Assembly (NCBI GenBank): GCA_965213585.1
Contig: CBDBZP010000005.1
Location: 1,329,376 to 1,393,375 of the forward strand
DNA length: 64,000 nt
Direction of reading: 5' to 3'
Source: Acidimicrobiales bacterium
GTDB taxonomy: Bacteria > Actinomycetota > Acidimicrobiia > Acidimicrobiales > Poriferisodalaceae
Position numbers and translations under genes: made by a program. A model generated the notes under the pieces. That model was not told the origin of the DNA. It saw only the letters and a list, made by a program, of their open reading frames with translations, and did not search any database. This document shows positions 56,392 to 64,000 of the stretch, piece after piece. Within the stretch, counting starts at the first letter, position 1; each line of letters begins with the position of its first letter.

Positions 56392-57465
56392 GTGGCCCTG
56401 CCGAGCGTCGACGGCTTCGAGGACGCTGAGGGCGCCGACGGCGCAGCACTCCCGGTCGAAGCGGGCCTGGCGGGCGGCCCAGACGGCACCGAGCGGGTGG
56501 CGTCGGGGCCGATGCCACGGCCGGAGGCGCTCGACCTGGGCCGCCGCCCGGCCCGGGCGCTGGCCGCCGCCCACGAGGCCGGCGTGCTGCACCGTGACCT
56601 CGAGCCCGAGAACGTCCTCTTGTCGGCGTGGGGTGAGCCCAAGCTGGTCGACTCCGGCATCGCCCGCATCGAGGGTGGCCACGAGACGGCCTCGGGGGTC
56701 GTGACGGCCAGCGTCGCCTACGCACCGCCCGAGGTGCTGGGCGGCCAGCGCCCCGATCAGCGCTCCGACGTCCACTCCCTGGCCGCCACCCTGTACACGC
56801 TGATCGCCGGGTCTCCGGCCTTCGCCCGCGACACCGACGAGGGGAACACGTCGATCATCGCCCGGGTCGCCGCCGAGGACCCGCTGGCGTTGCGACCCGC
56901 GGTCCCCGACGAGCTGGAGCGGGCCCTCGCGATGGCCATGGCGGAGGACCCGGCCGATCGGCCCCCCACGGCCGAGGCGTTCGCCTCCCTCCTCGACGCC
57001 GTCTCCACCGAGGCGGGCGGGAACGGGCCGGCTGCGGCCGTGCCCGCCGGCGACGCGGCGGTGGCCACGTTCGCCGGAACGGGCCCGTCGGCCCCTCCCG
57101 CCGACACCTCGCCGGCGGCGCCTCCACCCGGGGCCCCGGTGGCCCCTGGTTGCACACGACGAGCGGACCGACCGGCCTGGCTCCTGCCCGCCGCCCTCGG
57201 CGCCGCCGCCGGTCCGGAGGAGCCGGGGACCGTCGCCGTCGTGCTGTCCGGCGGTGACGACGACCCGTCGGCGTCACCCGCGAGCGCCGTCGACGACACC
57301 GCCGTCGTCGGCCCCTCCGGTGACCTCCGGATCGACCTCGGCGTCGGGGCCGTGCGGAGTGGCCGCGCGGTCGTCCTGGTCACGCACTACGGCGTGCCCC
57401 CCGTCGTCGGTGGGCCCGACACGCTGCTGTACGACACCGTCGAGACCCGCCTGGAGGCCCGGTGA
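56392..57465 (+). CDS. Ser/Thr kinase-like protein lacking a recognisable N-lobe (pseudokinase or pseudogene)
   Basis: HRDLEPENVLL (Lys replaced by Glu in HRDLKPxN), DSG in place of DFG, APPE present. No GxGxxG/VAIK region. An in-frame stop lies just upstream (about 56380). Confidence 0.55.
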   Translation: MALPSVDGFEDAEGADGAALPVEAGLAGGPDGTERVASGPMPRPEALDLGRRPARALAAAHEAGVLHRDLEPENVLLSAWGEPKLVDSGIARIEGGHETASGVVTASVAYAPPEVLGGQRPDQRSDVHSLAATLYTLIAGSPAFARDTDEGNTSIIARVAAEDPLALRPAVPDELERALAMAMAEDPADRPPTAEAFASLLDAVSTEAGGNGPAAAVPAGDAAVATFAGTGPSAPPADTSPAAPPPGAPVAPGCTRRADRPAWLLPAALGAAAGPEEPGTVAVVLSGGDDDPSASPASAVDDTAVVGPSGDLRIDLGVGAVRSGRAVVLVTHYGVPPVVGGPDTLLYDTVETRLEAR

Positions 57466-58745
57466 CGTCGACCTGGTTGGAGGAGCGGCGCCGGCGTGTG
57501 GCCGGGCGGTGGGACCTCGACGACGAGGTGGTGGTCGTCCCCGCCGGGGAGCCGCCGCTCGTCCCCGGGCGCGACTTCCCGTACCCGTTCATGGTCCACC
57601 CCGAGCACCGCTACCTCGCCGACGCCGACATCGCCGGGGCGGTGCTGGCCCACGACGGCGCCACCGGCGAGTGGGTGCTGTTCGCGCCCCGACCCGACGC
57701 CGACGACCGGGTCTGGCACGCCGCCGCGCCGCCGGTCGGTCGCGATCTGGCCGAGCTGCCCGACTGGCTGGCGGAGCGGTCCGGCCGTCCCGTGGTCGGG
57801 ATCGCCGACGACGAGCGCGCCGACCAGCCCCTCAGCGCCGCCCTCACCGACCTGCGCCGACGGAAGGACGACGAGGAGCTGCGCCGCCTCCGCTCCGCCG
57901 CCGCCGCCACCCGGGTCGGCTTCGAGCGGCTGGTCGAGGTGGCCCGCCCGGGCCGGACCGAGCACCAGGTCAGGGCCGAGCTCGACGCCGCCTTCCTCGC
58001 CGCCGGGGGGGAGCGGACGGCCTACGACTCCATCGTGGCCACCGGCCGCAACGGCGCCGTCCTGCACTTCGCGCCGGGCCCCACCGAGCTGCGGGCCGGA
58101 GACCTGCTCCTCGTCGACGCCGGTGCCGAGGTGGGCGGCTACGCCTGCGACGTGACCCGCACGTTCGTGGTGGGCGCCGATGCCACCGAGGTGCAGCGTG
58201 ATCTCTGGGAGATCGTCCGGTCGGCCCAGGCCCAGGGGGTCGAGGCGTGCGTGCCGGGGGTCGAGTACCGGGAGCTGCACCTCGACGTGGCCCGCTCCAT
58301 GGCGGGCGGGCTCGTCGAGCTGGGTCTGCTGCGGGGATCGCCGGCCGATCTGGTGGCGACGGGGGCTGCGGCGTTGTTCTTCCCGCACGGCGTCGGGCAC
58401 CTGCTGGGGCTGGCCGTGCACGACCCCGGCGGGTACGCCCCCGGGCGGGAGCGGTCGCCGGCCGCCGGCCTGCGCTACCTCCGGACCGACCGGCCCCTGG
58501 AGGAGCGCATGGTGGTCACGATCGAGCCGGGCGTGTACTTCATCGAGGTGCTGCTCACCGACCCGGAGGTGCGGGCCCGCCATGGCGCCGCCGTCGACTG
58601 GGACCGCGCCGAGGAGCTGCTCGACCTGGGCGGCATCCGCATCGAGGACACGGTCCTCGTGACGGCCGACGGCGGTGAGCCCCTCACCGGTGACATCCCC
58701 AAGGTGCTCGCCCCCCACGCCACCGGGGCGCCGGTCGCGGGCTAG
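57462..58745 (+). CDS. M24-family Xaa-Pro aminopeptidase
   Basis: GDLLLVDAGAEVGGYACDVTRTF, HGVGHLLGLAVHD, VVTIEPGVY and GGIRIEDTVLV. Confidence 0.85.
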   Translation: MTSTWLEERRRRVAGRWDLDDEVVVVPAGEPPLVPGRDFPYPFMVHPEHRYLADADIAGAVLAHDGATGEWVLFAPRPDADDRVWHAAAPPVGRDLAELPDWLAERSGRPVVGIADDERADQPLSAALTDLRRRKDDEELRRLRSAAAATRVGFERLVEVARPGRTEHQVRAELDAAFLAAGGERTAYDSIVATGRNGAVLHFAPGPTELRAGDLLLVDAGAEVGGYACDVTRTFVVGADATEVQRDLWEIVRSAQAQGVEACVPGVEYRELHLDVARSMAGGLVELGLLRGSPADLVATGAAALFFPHGVGHLLGLAVHDPGGYAPGRERSPAAGLRYLRTDRPLEERMVVTIEPGVYFIEVLLTDPEVRARHGAAVDWDRAEELLDLGGIRIEDTVLVTADGGEPLTGDIPKVLAPHATGAPVAG

Positions 58746-58779
58746 CGGGCGGCCGGCCCGGCGCCGGCTCCGGGCCGGC

Positions 58780-59637
58780 TCAGGAGAAGGCGGGGAGGAT
58801 GTCGTCGGCCCAGTCGTCGAGGAGGGGCAGGCACACGTCGGCCGACGCCGGCGGGAGGCCGAGCATCACCCGGTCGAGGCCCTGGTCGGCCAGGCCGGAG
58901 ATGAAGTCGACGTCCGGCTTGGCTCCGAACATGGCGAGGTGCAGGCCGTCGAAGTCCCGCCCGGCGGCGTCGCATGCCTGGCGCAGACCGCTCAGCCCGT
59001 CGGCGAGGGAGTGTCGGCCGCCGATCGGCATCCACCCGTCGGCGTAGGACACCACGGCGTCGAACATCTTCGGTCCGGCCCCGCCCCCCAGGATGATGCG
59101 GGGGTGGGGTTCCTGCAGCGGCTTCGGCCAGGCCCACGACGGTTCGAGCGACACGTGCTCGCCCTGGTAGGACGCCTCGTCGGAGGTCCAGAGGGCCTTC
59201 ATCAGCGCGATCTTCTCCCGGACGATCTCCCGCCGCTTCCCGAAGTCGACGCCGTGGGTGGCCATCTCCTCCTTGTTCCAACCGAAGCCCACGCCCAGGT
59301 CGAAGCGGCCCCCGGAGATCAGGTCGAGCGAGGCGACCTCCTTGGCCAGCCAGACGGGGTCCCGCTGGGCCACGAGGGTGATGCCCGTCCCCAGCCGGAT
59401 CCGCTCCGTCACCGCCGCGCAGGCGGACAGGGCGACGAACTGGTCGTAGGTCCTCGAGTACTCCTCGGGCAGGGGCGGCGCGTCCTTCATCAGCCCCCAG
59501 GGGGTCTCCCGGCTGGAGGGGATGTGGGAGTGCTCGGGGAACCACAGGGACTCGAAGCCCCGGGCCTCGACCTCCCGGGCCAGCTCGACCGGCGCGATGG
59601 CCTGGTCGGTCGGAAAGATCAGCACGCCGATGTCCAC
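58780..59637 (-). CDS. LLM-class (luciferase-like) F420-dependent oxidoreductase
   Basis: MDIGVLIFPTDQAIAPVELAREVEARGFESLWFPEHSHIP... is a typical N-terminus of the family. Confidence 0.85.
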   Translation of the reverse strand: MDIGVLIFPTDQAIAPVELAREVEARGFESLWFPEHSHIPSSRETPWGLMKDAPPLPEEYSRTYDQFVALSACAAVTERIRLGTGITLVAQRDPVWLAKEVASLDLISGGRFDLGVGFGWNKEEMATHGVDFGKRREIVREKIALMKALWTSDEASYQGEHVSLEPSWAWPKPLQEPHPRIILGGGAGPKMFDAVVSYADGWMPIGGRHSLADGLSGLRQACDAAGRDFDGLHLAMFGAKPDVDFISGLADQGLDRVMLGLPPASADVCLPLLDDWADDILPAFS

Positions 59638-59699
59638 GGTTCCCCCTCGTTTGGTGGTGTGCTTAACCGTAGGTCAGCCGCCGTAGGATCACGGCCCGA

Positions 59700-59776
59700 C
59701 GGGGAGTGGCGCAGCTAGGTAGCGCACCTGCTTTGGGAGCAGGGGGTCGCCGGTTCGAATCCGGTCTCCCCGACCA
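59700..59776 (+). tRNA. tRNA-Pro (anticodon TGG)
   Basis: Hand fold. Acceptor CGGGGAG/CTCCCCG. D stem GCGC/GCGC. Anticodon stem CCTGC/GCAGG with loop TTTGGGA. T arm GCCGG-TTCGAAT-CCGGT. Ends in ACCA. 77 nt. Confidence 0.9.
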
Positions 59777-59959
59777 GTCTGACCAGGCATGATGCAGTCC
59801 GAGGCCGGTAGCCGACGGGCCGATGTATCAGCGATGTATCAGGTGGCTGGCTCGGTATCAACTGGTCGGAGGTGCGGGATGGGGTGGAAGGCGACGGGGC
59901 AGCCGACGGTGCGTCGCCAGCGCGACAAGTGGTGTTGCGGGTCGACGGCATCGACACGT

Positions 59960-60975
59960 CGACGGGCAAGCACCGCCCCCCGGCAGCTGGGAACGTTCGC
60001 GTCGCAGCGGTCGGCGCTGCCGGCTCGGTGACTGGCCGACCGTCCTGGCGGAGGCGTGCGCCGTCGGGGACGGGTCGGGAGATGTCGACGCAGAGCCGTT
60101 CGGTGGCGGTGCGGGTGGCCCAGTCGAGGAAGGCGACCACGCGGTCGGCGGGGAGGTGGGCGTCGGTGGGCAGGGCGGCGGCGATCTCCCGGGTCAGCTC
60201 GGCCGGCCGCCACGTCGACTGCCGCTCCGACAGCGCAGCGACGGCGTCGTTGGCGGCCCGCTCGACGGCCCGGGCATCCAGCGGCCGGGGAGTGGCCCGG
60301 CGCGTGGCGTCATCGACCATCCGGCGAGGGTCGACGCCGAGGCCAGCGGCTCGAGCTGCCCACTCGGCCCGCAGGTCACCGGCCACGGCCTTCTTGGCGG
60401 GGCGGCTGTCGAGGACAGCTTCTCGTTCGAGCCGCCACCGCTCCCGGGGCGTCGGCTCCCGCCCGAACGTCCCAACGAACCGTTCCCGCTTCACGGCTAT
60501 CCGGCGGGCGATGTCACCGGTCCGGGACGAGAACACGGCCATCACCTCGTCGGGAACTCCGGCGATGTCGGCGATGCCGTTCACGACAGGCCCCCAGGCC
60601 ACGCCGAGGCGGCGGGTCAGCTCGGCTCGGAGGGTGGCGTGGTAGACGGCCGACAGGGTCCGCTGGTCCAACTTGAGCGCCCGAGCGTCGTGGGTGAGCC
60701 ACCGGCCGTCGGGGGAGCGGACCCGGTTGGCCACCACCAGGTGGGTGTGCAGCTGGGGATCGCCGGCCCGAGAGGTGTGCTGGCGGAACGTGGCGGTGAG
60801 GGTGCCGTCTGCATCGGGCACGGCCACCTCGCCGTCGATGCGGTAGCGGGTGTGGGCGTGGGCCTCGATCCAGTCCGCCACGACTGCGACGGCGGTGTCG
60901 TGGCCGCCGAGCACGTGGGCGCGGACGATGTCGTCGCCGAGGCGAACAGCGTCGACACCGACTACTGGGGGTCCA
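59960..60975 (-). pseudogene. TrwC/MobF relaxase, central fragment (no helicase part; 3' end abuts tRNA-Pro)
   Basis: FRQHTSRAGDPQLHTHLVVANRV (relaxase His triad) in ORF 59715..61031. The ORF tail is merely the antisense of the tRNA. Confidence 0.75.
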
Positions 60976-60979
60976 CCAC

Positions 60980-62439
60980 TGCGGTCTGCCTGATGGGTTG
61001 GGCTGTGGTGGAGCCGTCGATGGGTGAGCACACGACACTGACCGAGCCGCTGAGCTCTTACCCAAGAGAGTGCCCCTGTCGATGAGCGGAGAGGTTGGAA
61101 CGGCTCATGTGATGGCGTGCCGCGAGCACTTCCAGTAGTCCGCCGCCGGTCTCTTCTGGCTCGACACGACCCGATCCCGATGAGACGAGGTGCAGATGAT
61201 CTTCGTAGGTGATGACTGGTCCGAAGCTCACCATGATGTCGAGCTGCAGGACGAAGACGGGAAGTGCCTGGCGCGGGGTCGGCTACCCGAGGGAGTCGAT
61301 GGCTTGGCGGCGTTGCACCGGCTCATCGCTGAACACGGCCGTGATGCCGGCGAGGTCGTGGTCGGTATAGAGACCGATCGGGGGTTGTGGGTTCAGGCGC
61401 TCGTCGCTGCGGGGTACGAGGTGCACGCGATCAACCCGTTCGCAGCCAGCCGTTACCGGGAGCGGCACAGCCCCTCGGGTGCGAAGTCCGACCCAGGAGA
61501 TGCTGCGATGCTCGCATCGATCGTTCGCACCGACCGCCAGCACCACCGCGTCGTCGCCGGCGACAGCGCACTCGCAGAAGGAATCAAGATCCTGGCGCGT
61601 GCTCATCAGAACATGATCTGGTCACGTCAGCGCGAAGCCCGTCGGCTGCGGGCTCTGCTCCGCGAGTTCTACCCGGCGGCCATGGCCGCGTTCGACGACC
61701 TGACCAGCACCGACGCACTGTCGGTGCTGGCGGTAGCGGCGTCGCCGGCCGCAGGGTCCAAGATGACCCCGAAGCGGGTCGCCGCCGCATTGCGTGCTGG
61801 GGGCCGCCAACGCAGCGCCGGTGTCAGGGCCGGCGAGATCGTCACTGCCCTCCGCAGCGATCACCTCGAAGCGCCGCCCGAGATCGTCGAGGCGTCCGCT
61901 GCTGTGGTCGCCGCTCTCGTCGCAACCATCGCGACCATGGGCCAGCAGATCGAAGCATTGGATGCCGCCCTCGAGACACACTTCGAGCAACACCCGAACG
62001 CTGAGATCATCCGCAGCCTGCCCGGCCTTGCGACAGTGCTGAGCGCCCGCGTGCTCGGCGAGTTCGGCGATGACCCCACCCGCTACGCCGACGCCAAGGC
62101 GAGACGGAACTACGCCGGCACATCGCCGATCACGCGGGCATCAGGCAGGAGCCACGCTGTGCTAGCTCGCGTCGGCCGCAACCGACGCCTCGCAGCGGCG
62201 TGCCACTGGTGGGCGTTCAATGCGCTCAACACATCGTCCGGAGCACGGGCGTACTACGACGAACGCCGCGCACGGGGCCAGAGCCACAACCAAGCCAGCC
62301 GGGCCCTCGCGAACAAGCTCGTCGGCATCCTCGACGGCTGCCTCAGCAACGGCCAGCTCTACGACGAGCAACGAGCATGGCCGAATAGATCCCCCGACTC
62401 GGAGGCGCCCGCCGCTTGACGGCTACGAGCATGTGATGT
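60980..62439 (+). mobile_element. IS110-family insertion sequence interrupting the relaxase gene (borders approximate)
   Basis: The relaxase reading frame stops after ...FDVTASAPK at 62440 and resumes near 60975. An IS110 transposase lies between. GC is lower. Confidence 0.7.
61190..62419 (+). CDS. IS110-family transposase
   Basis: MIFVGDDWSEAHHDV..., PGVGALTA-like LPGLATVLSARVLGEFGD, and YAGTSPITRASG. Confidence 0.9.
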   Translation: MQMIFVGDDWSEAHHDVELQDEDGKCLARGRLPEGVDGLAALHRLIAEHGRDAGEVVVGIETDRGLWVQALVAAGYEVHAINPFAASRYRERHSPSGAKSDPGDAAMLASIVRTDRQHHRVVAGDSALAEGIKILARAHQNMIWSRQREARRLRALLREFYPAAMAAFDDLTSTDALSVLAVAASPAAGSKMTPKRVAAALRAGGRQRSAGVRAGEIVTALRSDHLEAPPEIVEASAAVVAALVATIATMGQQIEALDAALETHFEQHPNAEIIRSLPGLATVLSARVLGEFGDDPTRYADAKARRNYAGTSPITRASGRSHAVLARVGRNRRLAAACHWWAFNALNTSSGARAYYDERRARGQSHNQASRALANKLVGILDGCLSNGQLYDEQRAWPNRSPDSEAPAA

Positions 62440-62712
62440 CTTCGGCGCCGACGCCGTCACGTCGAAGCCCCGGACGGAGCCCTCGCCGTAGTGGCGACCG
62501 AGCGGCAGGTCGTAGGGCTGGTTCGGGTCGAGGCCGGCCATGACCCGCAGGAAGGTGTCGTCGTCGATGTCGCCGCTCAGGCCGAGCTGCTCGGCGCCTC
62601 GGCCCCGCCAACGACCGGGCGGTTCGTCGCCGTCGAGGTAGTAGCCGCCCAGCGCCTCGACGTGGTAGGCCCCCGCCTCGGGGCCCTTCAGGGTCGTGAC
62701 CCGCACCGTCAC
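62440..62712 (-). pseudogene. TrwC/MobF relaxase, N-terminal fragment
   Basis: MTVRVTTLKGPEAGAYHVEALGGYYLDGDEPPGRWRGRGAEQLGLSG...SVRGFDVTASAPK, then IS sequence. Confidence 0.8.
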
Positions 62713-63705
62713 CGGCCCCGGCCTCCGCCGTCCGGTCGGGCGGCCTCGATCGGGACCGCCTCAACGGGCGTGCACCCGTCTGTGCTCGTTGGCGGTGGAG
62801 TGGTGCTCCGGTAGCGCAGTGCTGTCGAGGTGTGCCCATCACCCCTTACGTGAGGCCAGCCGGGGCCCGAGGTGTTGCAGGGTGTCCCTCGCCGGGGGGC
62901 GTGCTCAGCGCGTCCGTGTGCTCCGAAACTCGCCGTCCTCATCGCCGCCGACTCGGCCGGGCTGGGGGTCGTGTACGTCGTGGCGTTCGTGGTCGGCGCC
63001 GGCGAGGTCGCCGTCGATTCGGCCTCCCAGGCCGCCATCCCCCGCCTTGCCGCCGGCGGTCACCCGGTGGTGAAGAAGCCGAGTGAGATGGTCTGGATGC
63101 CGGTCTCATCGAGGGCGAGGACCTCGACCTCGTAGAGGGTGCCGGGCTGCAGGAACCCGTCGGCGACGAGGAGCTCGGTGACCTCGGGGGAGACGTGGAC
63201 GCGGCGCCAGGCTGGGTGCGGCCCGTTCAGCTCGGGCTTGCCGCGCCGTCACCGCCGGCGTGGTCCTGCGCCGCCGCCGCTGGCCGGAGGCGTTGGCCGA
63301 CGGCATGGCGTGCCGGCTGCTCCTCGACCCGAACACGCATCACTGGACCGCCGGGCTCCTCCTCGGCTTCCTCGCCCGGGAGACCCGGCGCACCGAGCGT
63401 CCCGTGGCGAAGCGCCGCGAGCGCAGTCGTGGTCGGGGTCGCAGCGGTCGACATCGGTGCAGGGGGGACGGTCGCCGCGCTTCGTTTCGCCGTGCTCACC
63501 GGCGTGGCCCTCCTGGCTCTAGAACCCAGGCCCGTGACCCGGGACTGCACGGCGGCGGCCGGATGGAGTGTCGATGCTCCGGCGGCGCGCAGCGGCGACT
63601 GAGGCCGACTCGGGCGGGAGCGGACGCGACAGGACCCGGCAAGCGGTCCGGAGGCTTGCCGGGTCCTGGTCTTACGGGGGCTAGGGCGGGGTCTGCCCGT
63701 GAGGA

Positions 63706-64000
63706 TCAGTCGTCGTCTTCGGTCTCGCCGGCGTCGCTCTCGGTGCCGATGACCTCGAAGTCCTCGGTGAGGTGGACGTCGACCTCGTCACCGTTGTCGA
63801 GGGTGACCTCGACCTCGTAGAAGCCCTCCTCGTCGCCGACCTCGGTGTCAGTCACCCGACCCTCGCCGGTGTGCTCGAGCGCAGCCGTAGAGGCCGGCTC
63901 GAGTGCGTCGCCGGTGATGGGGACTTCGTTCTCGTCGTCGTCGTCGAAGGCGCCGCCCGCGTAGGCGATGCCGGTACCACCGGCGACCATGGCCACGGCG
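63706..64000 (-). CDS. PepSY-domain protein (N-terminus probably beyond the right edge)
   Basis: ITGDALEPASTAALEHTGEGRVTDTEVGDEEGFYEVEVTLDNGDEVDVHLTEDFEVIG. Confidence 0.7.
   Translation of the reverse strand, partial: AVAMVAGGTGIAYAGGAFDDDDENEVPITGDALEPASTAALEHTGEGRVTDTEVGDEEGFYEVEVTLDNGDEVDVHLTEDFEVIGTESDAGETEDDD

Noticed and set aside
63060-63235. Minus-strand reading ...GKPELNGPHPAWRRVHVSPEVTELLVADGFLQPGTLYEVEVLALDETGIQTISLGFFTTG-stop looks protein-like.
   Set aside because: An in-frame stop lies immediately upstream and there is no start codon. It is probably a gene fragment, with too little sequence to assign.

Overview
This is very high-GC DNA, probably actinobacterial (F420/LLM enzyme, SCO6880-type transfer genes, Tad locus with a LysM-BTAD protein). 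About 1-44.7 kb is the right-hand part of a large integrative conjugative element (ICE) that continues past the left edge. In order it carries: a partial TrwC-type relaxase, an intergenic hairpin, a dense TTGAGGT/CCTCAATTGAGG iteron field, and a Fic toxin module beside decayed recombinase genes. A complete Tad/Flp pilus locus follows (cpaB, cpaE-like, cpaF, tadB, tadC, a pilin-like gene and three TadE/G-like genes), then a 1146-aa LysM/Pro-rich/BTAD protein, a VirD4-type coupling protein, an orphan Dam methylase and a three-domain cell-wall hydrolase. The transfer block ends with VirB6-like, SCO6880-like and VirB4-like genes, a Toprim primase, a displaced prepilin peptidase and an excisionase. 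The most interesting feature is a lower-GC cargo cassette at 24.8-29.4 kb inside this transfer region, next to an IS3 remnant. It consists of an MBL-fold protein translationally coupled to a single 1136-aa polypeptide that fuses an E2-like domain, an E1-like (ThiF) domain, a JAB/JAMM peptidase and a patatin phospholipase. No cyclase and no ubiquitin-like gene are visible nearby. The ICE ends at a tRNA 3'-half-like repeat (44673-44716). A second copy carrying CCA lies at 47295-47341. Between them sit an IS256-family element and gene debris. The remainder looks chromosomal: an AbiEii-like/XRE pair, an MFS/P450/PhyH/GH1-like cluster, YceI, a spondin_N-CHRD protein, a decayed FHA/kinase locus, an M24 peptidase and an LLM oxidoreductase. 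A tRNA-Pro then follows, flanked by a second, dead TrwC relaxase that is split by an IS110 element. All calls rest on reading the supplied translations and the DNA by eye. Start codons and element borders are approximate, and no database search was possible.
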